NCBI GenBank assembly: GCA_946578345.1
Contig: CAMOBD010000001.1
Span: forward strand, 477-64,476
DNA from: an uncultured Clostridium sp.
Lineage (GTDB): Bacteria; Bacillota; Clostridia; TANB77; CAG-508
Direction: 5' to 3'
DNA length: 64,000 nt
Part shown: positions 10,268 to 21,830 of the stretch, piece after piece
Numbering within the stretch: the stretch's first letter is position 1
Layout of the letters: each line of letters starts with the position of its first letter
The notes under the pieces: model-generated
The model's input: the letters and a program-made list of their open reading frames with translations, nothing else
What the model was told of the DNA's origin: nothing
The model's database searches: none
Program-made: the position numbers and the translations under genes

Positions 10268-12850
10268 TTATTTACCCGTTCTAGGCAATGTCTTTGGCTT
10301 TTCTGGTTCAGGTATTCTAATTATTGTATGGAACTCATCTTCATCATCTAATTTTACATCTAAATAATCAGCAGTAATATATGTATGATTTTCAATTATT
10401 TGATTATTTTGTAAATCGTCATTTGCTGTAACTATTATTTTTGTACCTTCATTTTTGAATCCTTTTTCAACTGGATTTTCAAATACAAATCTAACTTCTG
10501 TTACATATTCGTTTTCAGCTAATTCTAATGTATTGCTATCTAATAGTATTTCAGAACTTTCATTTGTATTGCATGTTTTAATTGTTTTCCAATTTGAATT
10601 GTTATTTGTTATATATTGTACTTTATATGTATTGTCTTTGTTAAATGTACCTGTTGTAATACTTTTTGCTCTAACTTCTGATGGAAGAATATCTCCCCAA
10701 ATAAAATTAGTTACAGTATCATTTGATTTATTTTGAATATCAAAATTATATGTAATATCTTTTCCTGGCTCAGTTTCTACAGTTCCAGTCTTTTCAACAT
10801 CTACAATTAAATTTACAACATCATTTTCAATATCTAATACAACAGTTTGTCCTTTTTGTGTAATTTCAAAATCAAATCTATTATTTTCTGGGAATATATA
10901 ATAATCATTTTTTGAGGTTTCAACTGCATACCATTTTCCAATAGGTAAATATTTTAATTCTCCATAACCATTTTGAATATTTATTGTTCCAAACTTTTCA
11001 TCTGTTTCAGCATTAAATATGTCAAATGTTATGTTTGAAAGTTTATCTCCAGCTTTATCTCCTGTATATTGATTATCTTCAGCAGCTGTTTTATTTATTT
11101 CTACTTTGTTTTCATAAACTGTTGTAGGTGTACAGTCTTTATCTTCAACAGTAACTCCGATATATGTACCACCAACTACTACACAATTTTTGAAAGTAGA
11201 ATTTACTTCTAGTCCTTCAATTACTTTAGCTGCAACTGTTATGTCTTTTGTGCTTTTAAAGTTAGATTTAACACTGTCAAAAACAAGTGCAAATTTAGTT
11301 ATATATTCATCTTCATCAAGTTTCTCTTTTGTAAAATCTATTGTATTATCTTTTGTTGTACTTAAATTAGTTGCTATTGTTTTTGTATTTTCTTTATTTG
11401 TTGTATATGTTACTTTGTATTTTAAATCTTCGTTATATGTTCCTGTTGTAATACTTTGTAAACGAACTTCACTAGGTAAACTATCTTCAATTCTAAAGTC
11501 TTCAAGTCTTACAGAAGATGCATTATGAACATTTGAAATTTGATAATTTATAACTTCATTTCCTTGTCCTTGAGTGTCTCCATCTTTTTCAACTTCGGTT
11601 TCTAATGTTACATTATCATTTTCTATTTTAATTATTACTTTTTGTCCATCATAAGTAAGTTCAAATTCATATTCTGCTCCTTCTTTACCTATTTGATAGT
11701 AGTCAGAAGCTTTGATTTCAGTTAATCTATATTTTCCAAGTTTTAATTCTGCTATAACTTTTCCTAACTCATTTGTATAGAATTGTTTTTTATAAGTTTC
11801 AACTCCATCAATTCTTTCAATTTCAATAAGTGTATTTTCAAGTCCACTTCCTGCTGGTAGTCCACTATATTCATTGTCTTTTTTAGAAACTTTATCTACT
11901 TCTATTTCTCCTGTTGGCTCTGTATATATCATTTTTGCATTTGTAGTTGTAAATACAAATGGATCTGATACAGTTGCATAGTCTTGCCATTCAGGATTTG
12001 GAGATTTACAATAAAAAACAGGGAAAGTTTCTACATTTCCTGTTGCTGTAATATCTATTGAAACATCTTTTGTTATATTTTTTCTAGGTACAATAACTTT
12101 AAATTGTTCACCTTTTGAGAATTCACTTTTTTCATTATTGTTCATATCTGTTAATTTACTTCCTGCAGGTGCTTGTTCTCCATTCATATATATACGAATA
12201 TCTTTTGAATTTATTGGAGAATCTACTTTAAATATTTGTGAAATATATGTGCTATCTTTATCATCAACACTTGCGTTTTTAACAGTACTAATATTTAATA
12301 CAGGATCAATTCTTGTTTCTGTACCATTTCTACCATAATCAACTAATTCTTTAATTTTAGCAACAATTCGATTACCAATTTCATCTGCTCCTTGATAATT
12401 ATTTACATCTCCGCCGTCTAACACACGATATACTGCTTGTTTTGTTGCGAAGAATGCATCTTTTGGATCATCAAATCCTAAATTGCCACCATAAGGATAT
12501 CCTTTTAATAAAACTCTATAAACTGCTGGGTTGCTCATTGCTTCTTCTATAGTTACATCATAAGATAGTGTATCATCTACACCTGGTTTATCTTTATTAA
12601 GACAATATGCAGGACGGAAAACACCATTGTCATAATATCCTACATAATGAGTAATAATATAAGAATAAACACCATTTCCAAAATTATATTTTACATGCCT
12701 TGCACATTCTCCTAATTCTACTATTTCTACTTTATCTCCAATGTTTGCAGCCTGTACCTGTGAAAATATTGGAAATATAGTTGTACATAACATGGTGATT
12801 AAAGAGAATATACAAAAAACTTTTTTTAATAGTTTATTTTTCATAAACAA
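10268..12850 (-). CDS. Large surface adhesin with an N-terminal thioester (TQXA-type) domain, two ~230-aa tandem Cna-B/Ig-like repeats and a C-terminal LPRTG motif without the usual anchor
   Basis: There is a signal peptide, a YCLN Cys motif and a FATKQAVYRV motif (TQxA-like), and internal repeats (…SEVRLQSITTGTYNEDLKYKVTYTTN… and …SEVRAKSITTGTFNKDNTYKVQYITN…). The protein ends with …KTLPRTGK followed directly by a stop, with no hydrophobic or charged tail. Confidence 0.55.
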   Translation of the reverse strand: MFMKNKLLKKVFCIFSLITMLCTTIFPIFSQVQAANIGDKVEIVELGECARHVKYNFGNGVYSYIITHYVGYYDNGVFRPAYCLNKDKPGVDDTLSYDVTIEEAMSNPAVYRVLLKGYPYGGNLGFDDPKDAFFATKQAVYRVLDGGDVNNYQGADEIGNRIVAKIKELVDYGRNGTETRIDPVLNISTVKNASVDDKDSTYISQIFKVDSPINSKDIRIYMNGEQAPAGSKLTDMNNNEKSEFSKGEQFKVIVPRKNITKDVSIDITATGNVETFPVFYCKSPNPEWQDYATVSDPFVFTTTNAKMIYTEPTGEIEVDKVSKKDNEYSGLPAGSGLENTLIEIERIDGVETYKKQFYTNELGKVIAELKLGKYRLTEIKASDYYQIGKEGAEYEFELTYDGQKVIIKIENDNVTLETEVEKDGDTQGQGNEVINYQISNVHNASSVRLEDFRIEDSLPSEVRLQSITTGTYNEDLKYKVTYTTNKENTKTIATNLSTTKDNTIDFTKEKLDEDEYITKFALVFDSVKSNFKSTKDITVAAKVIEGLEVNSTFKNCVVVGGTYIGVTVEDKDCTPTTVYENKVEINKTAAEDNQYTGDKAGDKLSNITFDIFNAETDEKFGTINIQNGYGELKYLPIGKWYAVETSKNDYYIFPENNRFDFEITQKGQTVVLDIENDVVNLIVDVEKTGTVETEPGKDITYNFDIQNKSNDTVTNFIWGDILPSEVRAKSITTGTFNKDNTYKVQYITNNNSNWKTIKTCNTNESSEILLDSNTLELAENEYVTEVRFVFENPVEKGFKNEGTKIIVTANDDLQNNQIIENHTYITADYLDVKLDDEDEFHTIIRIPEPEKPKTLPRTGK

Positions 12851-12918
12851 TACCTTCTTTCCTTTTAAATTTTAATACAAAAAAATAGGCTCTTTAAAAC
12901 CTATTTTTATAATTATAT

Positions 12919-13653
12919 TTAATTTCCAGCCCAGTCTATGTAATATTTAAATTTTTCTTGATTACCTTCAACAAATTTTTCTACATAATAATAAATCGTT
13001 CCAAAACTTACTTTGCCAACAGCAATTTTAATCTCCTCTGTTCTATATGGGTAAAAAACCTGGCCTCTTTTTTCGTAGACATATTTGAGATTTGGTTTTA
13101 TCTTCATAATATCGTTTAGATAACTTTCTATCTCATCATCATATTCTTCTTGTGTTATTCTATCTATAGTTTGTGTAGGTTTTTTACTATCAGTATTTGT
13201 AGAAGTAGTTGGTGGATTACTTGCTGGTGGGGTTGTAGGTTTACTTTCATTACTGTTTCCATTTGTTGTAGGTGTTGTGTAACTGGTATTTTCTTTTGTA
13301 TCTGTACTTTTATTTTCTTCTGTTTTTCCTTTTTCAGATTGTATCTTATCATTTTTATTTTGGTTGTTTTTTTCTGTGTTTTCTTTAGCTTCCATATTGT
13401 TTCTCAATGTTTCTGTTTTTTCATCTATTGTGTTTTCTTGAATAACATTTTCCACCTGATTATATGGGATGTCATTTTCTTCAGGCTTAATTTCAGCAAT
13501 AGTATTAGTTTCCTTTATATTGTTTTGTTCCATTGCATCATTAAGTGTTTCTATATTAGAAATTTTTTTCTTATTTCCAATATAGCTTATTAATAATAAT
13601 ACACTTATTACTAAAACTAATAATCCAATAATTATAAACATTTTTTTCTTCAT
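12919..13653 (-). CDS. Membrane-anchored low-complexity (T/P/N/E-rich) protein with a conserved C-terminal domain
   Basis: N-terminal TM helix, a long low-complexity linker and a C-terminal globular segment. Confidence 0.35.
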   Translation of the reverse strand: MKKKMFIIIGLLVLVISVLLLISYIGNKKKISNIETLNDAMEQNNIKETNTIAEIKPEENDIPYNQVENVIQENTIDEKTETLRNNMEAKENTEKNNQNKNDKIQSEKGKTEENKSTDTKENTSYTTPTTNGNSNESKPTTPPASNPPTTSTNTDSKKPTQTIDRITQEEYDDEIESYLNDIMKIKPNLKYVYEKRGQVFYPYRTEEIKIAVGKVSFGTIYYYVEKFVEGNQEKFKYYIDWAGN

Positions 13654-13720
13654 AAAACATCACCTCTTTTTTAGGGTAACATTTTTTTGTACAAAAAGGA
13701 ATGTTGAAGAGAAAAAATTT

Positions 13721-14392
13721 TTAAAGTACCTCTAACGCTTGAACACAAAGCCTTTGAGTTGGTTGATTTCTTACACAAGTTATAATTGTTATTCTATTAT
13801 CTTCTGTTTTTTCCAACATAGACCAATCTGTTTCTTCTATTTGTTTAATTGTTGTTATTGTATATTCTTTATTTCCAAGACAAGAAGAATATTTTATGAT
13901 ATCTCCTTCTTTGACATTTTTCAAATTAGCTAAAAATCTAGAAGTGTTATGTCCTGCTAAACAAACATTACCTTGCAAAATATTGCTATGTTCGAAAAGA
14001 CCAATTCCTTGTGCTAATGATTCCTGAGTTGTTCCTTCTATTACAATATCTTTAAAATTAATAGATGGTATTTCTAATGTTGCAATAGCATTGAGTGTTT
14101 TTGTACTATCTGATTCTGATTCGACAGGAGTTCCTGCTATTTTTTGATAGTTTTCAGTTGTATATTCTGTAACAATATCTTGTCTATTGTCATTATTATA
14201 TATGTTATAGACATAATTTATATTGTCTTGTATATGCTTATGTTGTATGTATTTATATGCACAAAATATACCTGCAAACAATACAATTAGACATAATAGA
14301 ATAATAAGTGAAATCTTTATAATTTTTTTTGTCTTGTCTTTCAAAAAAATTTCCTCCTTTCTTTTAAATTTAAAATAAATCCTCCTTTCCAA
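13721..14392 (-). CDS. Sortase-family transpeptidase
   Basis: N-terminal membrane anchor, a catalytic His in 'LAGHN', a Cys in 'ITIITC' and a downstream Arg (RLCVQ). It sits next to the LPxTG adhesin. Confidence 0.6.
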   Translation of the reverse strand: MERRIYFKFKRKEEIFLKDKTKKIIKISLIILLCLIVLFAGIFCAYKYIQHKHIQDNINYVYNIYNNDNRQDIVTEYTTENYQKIAGTPVESESDSTKTLNAIATLEIPSINFKDIVIEGTTQESLAQGIGLFEHSNILQGNVCLAGHNTSRFLANLKNVKEGDIIKYSSCLGNKEYTITTIKQIEETDWSMLEKTEDNRITIITCVRNQPTQRLCVQALEVL

Positions 14393-14403
14393 AATAAAAA
14401 GAC

Positions 14404-14778
14404 TTAGATATTTTCTAGTCTTATCATCTCTTTTATATATTTTGAAACTTTGGAAAATGGATTAGGATTTGTAATTTTATTACAAACATCCTCCAAGTCA
14501 AAAGGATCAAAAATTATGTCATAAATACCAAGCATAAGTGCATCTTTTAATTCCTTTACTTTTTCATTTTCCAAAATAAGAATAACTTGGATATTTTTTT
14601 CTCGGACTTTAAACATAAAGTCTTTGAAATTATATTTATTAGGTTGAATTGTTGCAATTAGAGTAGTTGCATCTTTTTCTTCCAATACATAGTCTGGATA
14701 ATATACTATTCTACTATCATCTATTTTTTTACTTAAATCTCTATCTAATTGCTCATTATCTGTAAAAATTAATACCAT
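14404..14778 (-). CDS. Hypothetical protein with a receiver-like fold
   Basis: A 124-aa ORF with a weak CheY-like pattern (VLIFTDN…IQVILI…GIYDIIFDPF) but no obvious phospho-Asp. Confidence 0.25.
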   Translation of the reverse strand: MVLIFTDNEQLDRDLSKKIDDSRIVYYPDYVLEEKDATTLIATIQPNKYNFKDFMFKVREKNIQVILILENEKVKELKDALMLGIYDIIFDPFDLEDVCNKITNPNPFSKVSKYIKEMIRLENI

Positions 14779-14795
14779 TTTTTTAGTTTCCTCCT

Positions 14796-16049
14796 TTATT
14801 CAAAATAGTCTTCAGGATTTGCAAAATTTCCATTGATACGAACTTCAAAATGTGCATGAGGTCCTGTCGAATATCCAGTACTTCCAACTTTAAGAATTGG
14901 CTCTCCTTGTTTTACAACTTGATTCGTCTTGACGAGTATTTCAGAGCCATGTGCATATAAAGTAACAATACCATTGCCGGTGATCTATCATTACCATATT
15001 TCCATAAGCATTATTATAAACAGCTTTTATTACTGTTCCATCTGCCATAGCTACAAAATTAGCACCTACTGGCGCACCAACATCTGTACCACTATGCAAT
15101 TTGTATACACCGAGTTATAGGATGTGTTCTCATACCAAAATGAGAGGTGATATTTGTATATCCGGGTATTGGCCATGTAAACATACCAGTTGGAACTAGA
15201 CCTGAGCCATCACTAATGATAATTGAATTAGATGAATTTCCTTGTAGCCAAGCTGTACTTTCTTCACCTTCATAATAACCATTAGCTGCTTGAATAATTA
15301 CTTGAATATCAGTATCAAGGTCATCTTCTCTTATCCTTAATTTATCCTTTAAGTATGCTCTTAATCTTTCGTATTTTTCGCCAATTAATTCTTCATTTGT
15401 AAATACTTTTCCTGTTGTTTTAGTATCTCCATTTTCTATTGTTTTGGATTCGTAATTATATTTATAATGTCCGTAATATTGAATCACTTTCTACAAGTAT
15501 ATAATGTGTTTCTTCTCTTTTAGTAGTAGTTTCTTTTCCATCCTTGTCTTTAGTAGTAGTTTCTATTATTACAGTATCTTTTTCATATTTAAAAGTACTT
15601 TCAAAATTACTTGCTACTTGAGTTAACAAATCTTTGTTAATATCCTTATTATCTGTCATATTATGAAATGCCATTATTGCGTAAAGATGAGACCATTCTA
15701 TTAACTTATCATTTTCTCTGTTATCCACATCTAGTAAGTTATTTGTGGATTCAGTTCCAATATAATTATGGCAAGTGTTTAAATATTCTGATTTCTCTAT
15801 ACATAAATTTCTAATTTCTGCTTGCTCTGGTGGTAGGTCAGAACTATCTGTTTGAACTTCTTGTACAAAGATTGCATCTATAATCGTACAAATTGCAAAA
15901 AACAAAAGACCAATAATAAGTATAAAAGGTAGAAAAGGCTTAATAACTTTAAAAGCGACTTTTTTTATTTTATTTTTCGCTTTATTTTTAACTTTGTTCT
16001 TTATGCTCATTACTATCACCACCATATTTTTGGTTTTCTGCCTTGTCAT
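14796..16049 (-). pseudogene. Membrane-anchored M23 (lysostaphin-like) peptidoglycan hydrolase, broken by three single-C insertions
   Basis: Reading through the breaks shows the M23 signature …HSGTDVGAPVGANFVAMADGTVIKA…[23 protein letters not shown]…[15 protein letters not shown]. The N-terminal TM helix lies in ORF 15462-16049. The CGG sites are at about 15472, 15111 and 14978 on the + strand. Confidence 0.55.
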
Positions 16050-17486
16050 TTGCTAATTTATTAACATATTCTGTGTTTTGAAAATTATTTTTTCTTTTTA
16101 TATTATTTCTATGACTATAACTATCAAAATTTCCTTCAGCCATTTTTGCACCAATACCAAGATATGCAGTTGTTGCCTTAGCACCACCTTTAACGATATT
16201 TGTAGCGACAGATTTAGGACTGATTTTATTTCCATTGCTTAAATTATTTTTACTTTCTCCGTTTGACTTAGGAATACTAACTGTATTTTTTTCTTTTGAA
16301 ATGACATCTCTAATAGGATTTACATTACCATTGTAATCTTTTTCTGCACTCAAATTCATAGTAGGATTTACTATTGCTTTTGCTCTTGATACAAGACCTT
16401 GTAAACCACTACCAGAATTGTTGCCATTTGTGTTGCCATTATTATTTTCTGTTGAAGGTGTTTTAAATTGTTCTTTTATAGCTGCTAAACCAAAACCAGC
16501 CATTGCTCCCATACCTATTACACGATTTGTCATTTGTTCATTATCAACACCTGCAATTCTTGAAGTTAAATTTTGTAAGCAATTTTGTAAAGCATCTGCT
16601 AAAGGTAATATCATCATTGCCCAAATTAAAGAAACTGCCCATCCTCCACCACTTGGAAGAAATGCAAGGTAGATAAGGAATAAAAAGCAGTATATAAATT
16701 GCATAAATATATTCATTATAATTTGCCCACCCCATACTGCAGCTGCTGTAACATTTTTATTTATTATCCATAAAGCTGCTGCTATTGGTGTGAAAATTGT
16801 AAATATAATAATTGTAAATTGTCTTACAATAAACTTTATATTTAACTTAACAAACAAATATATAAACATTGCTATTACTAATGCAGTTGTTATAGCATTT
16901 CCTGTTTTTATACTTGTGAGCATACTATCACCAAGAGATGCGTCTAATGTGCCAGTATTTGCAGCAGTTACAAGTAAATATACTAAACTATTATTTATAT
17001 ATAGCAAAAATTTTATAAATAATGGAGCAAGAGCTATTGCAACTCCACCAAAACATAGTCTCATTAAACTTTCTTTAGCTTCATTTTTCTTTGCTGTATT
17101 AGTACCAGCATTCATAATTTTATATGACAGAATAAAAACAGCAATTAAAATTAAAGTTCCAGAAATTATTGCAAAAACTTTGTACCAATTCATTGTTTTA
17201 TTCCACAATTCACTAGTAAAAGGGGATAAATTATCACTATTTTGTTTGTTATTGAAAATCAGTTCATCATAGTCTTTAAATCCCACATTTGCATCTTCTC
17301 CAGTTGTGAAATCAAAAACTGTTTGTGCAATACCACCGTATACATTCTGCAATTATCTTTTCAAAAAGGCTACCGATCTTCTTGCTTTACTTGTTCTTTG
17401 AAATCCATATCTTCTGCAAAACAAAACGGAGATAATAAAAAGATTAGAGTAATTACTATTACAAAACTTTTTATTACTTTTTTCAA
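15988..17486 (-). pseudogene. TcpH/VirB6-like polytopic conjugal-transfer membrane protein, broken near the N-terminus by two single-C insertions
   Basis: A TTG start with a GGAGG RBS, a signal peptide (LKKVIKSFVIVITLIFLLSPFCFA), then at least six TM helices and a hydrophilic Asn/Gly-rich C-terminus. The CGG sites are at about 17374 and 17337. Confidence 0.4.
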
Positions 17487-17534
17487 ATTATTGCCTCCTA
17501 CTTTAAATAATAGGGCAGTAGGAAACACTATATT

Positions 17535-19354
17535 TTAGGTAAATACAAATTGTTCTTCATAAGGTGTTATTACAAATTTGATTGCAGTAACACTATTATT
17601 TAGACTTATAATGCATTGACCAGGACTAGCAGCAGTTAAGAAATTTTTTGTACCTTCAGATAAATTAAAAAATTCTACTACTGCATCCACACTACCAGGA
17701 CTTTGCTTAAAGATATATCTTGTTGAACATATATTAATGATTGTTCTTCCGTTCATCACAGCCGTAAAAATTCATCAATAAATTGACTTCCGAATAAATA
17801 AAGGAACATTATATTTACGGCCTCTACGAGCCACATTCACTAAAAATTCAGCTGATTCCTGATATTTTAAAAATAACCATGCTTCATCACATACAATTAT
17901 TTTCTTTTTTTCTCTATTTTTTAGTACATATTTTTGCCAAACCCATGTTAATATTACAAAACTAGAATATAACTTGGTAAATTCATCTTTTACTTCTGAC
18001 ATATCAAAACAAATTATATCTTCACTTGATAGAATTTTACTTTCACAATCAAACATACCGTAATGAATTGCCTTTCAAAAAAGGAACTAATATATTTGAT
18101 AGTTCTTCACAATTACCTCTTTCTTTCAATTTTTTTTGAAAATCTGTAAGAGTTGGCATTTTTTTAGGTATCCTTCCTATAGCATATTTTCCATTGTCTA
18201 GTTTTCCACCTTTTTTTTCAAAAAGTGAATTTACATCACTTGTAATGCCTTTTTCTGCATATAATTGATTTACAATTACCTCAATTTCTGTGTTTTCAGT
18301 TCCTGTTAATGTCCTTCCATAATTCCTACAAATAGTTCCAAGTAATGCTCTTATCTCTGCAACTTTATCTAAAATATTTATAAATTGCTTATTTCCTTTT
18401 TTATCAGGTTCTATTTCAAAAGGATTTACTCCTGCTGACTTTCCTTGTTCAATTTTTATAACTTTTCCTCCAAGCATTCGAGTAAGGTTGGTATATTCTC
18501 CTTCAACATCAATAAAAAAAGCACCGCAACCTGTTGTTGCAATGTTTCTTGCAGTTAATGTTTTTAGAGCGACACTCTTTCCACCACCAGAAGTACCACA
18601 TATAAATACATGAGGGTTGGGGAGAGTGGGAGGACCAATAAATGTATCTACATATACGGGTGCATTTGTATACATATTTCTTCCAATAAAAATACCTCTA
18701 TCATGTGAAAGATTAGGATTTGATATAGGAATAAGTGTAGCAATGCCGACCTGCGACCATATTTCTTTCGTAATTAGGAATAGGAACTTCTCCAGTAGGT
18801 AATATTGTTTTTAATCCTTCAACTTGCCTAAAAGTTAATGTTCTTATCATAGCCGTTTTTTTGTTTAATTCACTTTCTAATATCTTTGTCTTTTCATTTA
18901 AATCTTCTAAAGTTTCAGCATTTACTGATATGAATATTGTAGCAAAAAAGAGTTTATCTTGATTAGTTTGTATAAGCATTCGTAAATCTTCTAAATCTCC
19001 AATTTGTTTTTCTAATTCTGGAAGATGTAAGATATTTCCCTGTCGACTATATGTAGCATATTCAGATTGACTTTGAACTAATTTTTTTGTTAATTGATTG
19101 ATTACATTTCCATTGCTTGAAGGCTCAATTTTTACAGAAATATTTATATTACCTATATGAAATAGATCATCAAGCCAACTTACCCAAGTTTGTTCCGGAT
19201 AAATTGTCATTGCAAAAAATCTTGTATATTTGTTATATCCTAAAACTAAATAATCTTTTCTTTCCTGTAATGTTTCAGGTAATAAAATATCTGCCATTGT
19301 AGGAATATTATTAAATATGTTTATTTCTTTTTGCTTTTTGTTTTTTTCCAACAT
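17535..19354 (-). pseudogene. VirB4/TrsE-type T4SS ATPase, split into four ORFs by five single-C insertions
   Basis: The pieces carry Walker A (FICGTSGGGKSVAL), Walker B (VCDEAW) and …ARRGRKYNVPLF…. After deleting the C at five CGG sites (about 18747, 18059, 17791, 17763 and 17750) the C-terminus reads …FIGSQFIDEFLGCDEGRTIINICSTRYIFKQ…. That aligns residue for residue with the intact VirB4 at 56957-58933. Confidence 0.6.
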
Positions 19355-20045
19355 ATAAATTTTTACCTCCTTCCTTTAAGTTGCTAATATTTATAGCAGA
19401 ATTTTTATTTAATTCTCTATAAATCAAATTATATAAGTCATCTTCGTTTAATATCTCACAAACAATTTTAGCTCTAAGTAAATTTCCTGTAAAAGATAAT
19501 GACTTCCTATTTAATTCTTCAATAGCTTTTTCATATGTACCATCATAACTGATAATTGCATAATTCTTTACAACAGAAATAGTCCTGTTTTCCATAAGAT
19601 TTTGTAGATAGTCAATAAGATATTCTTTATATTCTCTAATTTTTGTGTTGTTTGTTTTATTTTGTTTAATTAAAGATATAACCTTGCTTGTATCAATAAA
19701 TTCTGTTGTAGAAAAAAATTGAATAGGATAATCTATTGCTAGTGCTGTTTGAATAAGTACATTTTCAATGGAATCTTGTTCAGAATTTGAAAGCATATTA
19801 TAATCAATATTTCCTAATTTAATTACATTTGAATATCTATTACCTAAACAAATAATATTATCTTTAATTTTTATCTGCAAAATATCTGTTAATTGTTTTT
19901 TTCCTTTTTTATTACTTTTATCTTTATCTTTTGTTTCTGCACTATGCTTTGGTGCATTTACATTTTTCTTTTTATTGTTTAAATAAATAACTGTACCTAT
20001 GATAAATAGAACAGTTAAAACTAAAAATATAATCATTATTACCAT
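19311..20045 (-). CDS. Membrane-anchored conjugation-cluster protein (hypothetical)
   Basis: N-terminal TM helix, located between the small membrane proteins and VirB4. Confidence 0.3.
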   Translation of the reverse strand: MVIMIIFLVLTVLFIIGTVIYLNNKKKNVNAPKHSAETKDKDKSNKKGKKQLTDILQIKIKDNIICLGNRYSNVIKLGNIDYNMLSNSEQDSIENVLIQTALAIDYPIQFFSTTEFIDTSKVISLIKQNKTNNTKIREYKEYLIDYLQNLMENRTISVVKNYAIISYDGTYEKAIEELNRKSLSFTGNLLRAKIVCEILNEDDLYNLIYRELNKNSAINISNLKEGGKNLYVGKKQKAKRNKHI

Positions 20046-20332
20046 TTTAAACACCTCTTATATACAAAATATTTCTTGCGAAAGAGATATTTAATGAAAT
20101 AAAAAAAGAACTTATCAAAGTTCTGCTCACCAATTTTCAAAAAAGTACACAATAAAAAGAAACTTATAATAAAAAAGATAAGTAATATTTTTAATGCTAT
20201 TGGTAATGGTGTAGCAAAAAGAGATAGGCTAGATGCACCGAGCATTAAATAAACAACTTGTCTTAAACTTAAATAACCACCAAAAATTTTTTCTTCCCTT
20301 TTTATATCAAAAGGAACTTTAAATACTCTCAT
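20039..20332 (-). CDS. Small two-TM membrane protein (TcpE-like topology)
   Basis: A 97-aa ORF with two hydrophobic helices whose stop overlaps the downstream start (ATGGTAA). Confidence 0.3.
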   Translation of the reverse strand: MRVFKVPFDIKREEKIFGGYLSLRQVVYLMLGASSLSLFATPLPIALKILLIFFIISFFLLCTFLKIGEQNFDKFFFYFIKYLFRKKYFVYKRCLKW

Positions 20333-20342
20333 AAATAATCAC

Positions 20343-20735
20343 CTATCCACCAAGTAAATTTCCAGAATTATTTGTTGCAATATTTATGATTATACCGGCA
20401 ATTATTAAAGATGCTCCTAATATAACACCTCCACCACATATCCAGGCTAAACTACCAATACTTTCAGCTCTTTTTTGAGGGTTATTTGAGTTTGCTATCA
20501 TTTTTATTGCTGCTATAACTACACTAGCAAATATAAGTACTCCACCAAGAGGCATTGCTATACTTGTAATTACTCTTTTTATATTTTCAGTTGCTGTTTC
20601 TACCTCTGCAGTTCCAATAGTTGTACCACCTTCTGTCGCAAAGCACATATTAGCTTTTATAGCAAACAATGTAATCATAGTTCCAATTGCTTTTATTTTA
20701 GGAACTAAATGCTTTTTTCGATTTTTAAAATTCAC
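20343..20735 (-). CDS. Small membrane protein, possibly a pilin or VirB2-like T4SS component
   Basis: Signal/TM segment, a Gly/Thr-rich central region and a C-terminal TM helix. Confidence 0.3.
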   Translation of the reverse strand: MNFKNRKKHLVPKIKAIGTMITLFAIKANMCFATEGGTTIGTAEVETATENIKRVITSIAMPLGGVLIFASVVIAAIKMIANSNNPQKRAESIGSLAWICGGGVILGASLIIAGIIINIATNNSGNLLGG

Positions 20736-20792
20736 TAAATATCATCTCCTTATAAATTATTTGGGCAAATTTTAAGGAGAGTTACTATACAC

Positions 20793-21041
20793 TTAAATCA
20801 AATTCTTAAAATATATAAAGGTAGGTGGAATTGATAAGAAAAAAATTATTCCTATCAATAAACTAGGAACAGCTATTAAGAATTTTGATTTCATCTTTTG
20901 TGATTTTATCAAACACCCTATTGCTAGTAAAATTAGAGATATTATCAGTAAAGATACTAATATTATCAAAGTAATTTTAAAACCTATAAATAGGGTGGAA
21001 GATACAATATTTTCAATATTATTCATATAACTATCTAACAT
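20793..21041 (-). CDS. Small membrane protein
   Basis: An 82-aa ORF with two TM helices. Confidence 0.25.
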   Translation of the reverse strand: MLDSYMNNIENIVSSTLFIGFKITLIILVSLLIISLILLAIGCLIKSQKMKSKFLIAVPSLLIGIIFFLSIPPTFIYFKNLI

Positions 21042-21056
21042 ATAAACATCTCCTTT

Positions 21057-21377
21057 TTAGGTGCTATTGTCAGTATATTTATTAATAATAGTTTTTTTGT
21101 AGTATGATAAAAAATTATCTATATCATAACTTTTACAAAGATTATATAAATTTATTAAATCTTCTCTTTTTACTCTTGCTAATATGTTTTGGAAATTTTC
21201 TATTTCTAATTCATATAGGGTATATAAGATAACCTTTAGCATTTCTTTTTTATCATCTTTTAGAGTATTAAATATTTCTTCAGTATAATTAAATTCTAAT
21301 TTATCTACTATTTCATACAAGTTTTGAGGTATTTTGTCGCTTTTACTTATTATTAAATTAAATATATTATTCATCAT
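21057..21377 (-). CDS. Hypothetical protein
   Basis: A 106-aa ORF in the operon. Confidence 0.25.
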   Translation of the reverse strand: MMNNIFNLIISKSDKIPQNLYEIVDKLEFNYTEEIFNTLKDDKKEMLKVILYTLYELEIENFQNILARVKREDLINLYNLCKSYDIDNFLSYYKKTIINKYTDNST

Positions 21378-21381
21378 CTTA

Positions 21382-21828
21382 TTATCTATATCTATCTCTC
21401 CGTAACAGATTTGTTACAGGCTCGTTACTATTTGTTACTTCACTGTTACATTGTAACATTTTATATTTTTCTCTATGTTTTCTAACTCTTGCAGCACTTG
21501 ATCCTTCACTACCTATTAAGTCTTGCATTTCTGATAGCATAAGTGTATTTTCATCAAAAAATTCGATAGATTTTGTTTTTTCCAAAGCTGTTAATAATAA
21601 TTTAATAATATTTACATCTTCATCGAGCGTTAAAGCAATTTCTTCGGCCATACTATCGCATAAATGTTCATATACAAAAATTCCTTCACTTTTAAGAAGT
21701 TTTAATTGTAATTTTAAATAAACTAATAGTATCTTATCTCCATCAGGTAATTTACGAAGGAATTTACTTGTTTTGTTATCAAAAAAAGAATCATATAATT
21801 TTAACCAATAATACCTTTTTTCTTTCAA
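21382..21828 (-). CDS. Phage replisome-organizer N-terminal-domain protein
   Basis: 'YYWLKLYDSFFDNKTSKFLRKLPDGDKILLVYLKLQLKLLKSEG' matches the phage_rep_org_N pattern (WlKL..dfF…). Confidence 0.4.
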   Translation of the reverse strand: MKEKRYYWLKLYDSFFDNKTSKFLRKLPDGDKILLVYLKLQLKLLKSEGIFVYEHLCDSMAEEIALTLDEDVNIIKLLLTALEKTKSIEFFDENTLMLSEMQDLIGSEGSSAARVRKHREKYKMLQCNSEVTNSNEPVTNLLRRDRYR

Positions 21829-21830
21829 AA

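Noticed and set aside
13150-13593. Long antisense ORFs with low-complexity Cys/Phe-rich or Leu-rich products. Other examples are 524-826, 38988-39272, 39928-40389, 57097-57576 and 57733-58260.
   Set aside because: They lie opposite well-supported genes, lack RBSs, and have compositions typical of out-of-frame translation of AT-rich DNA.
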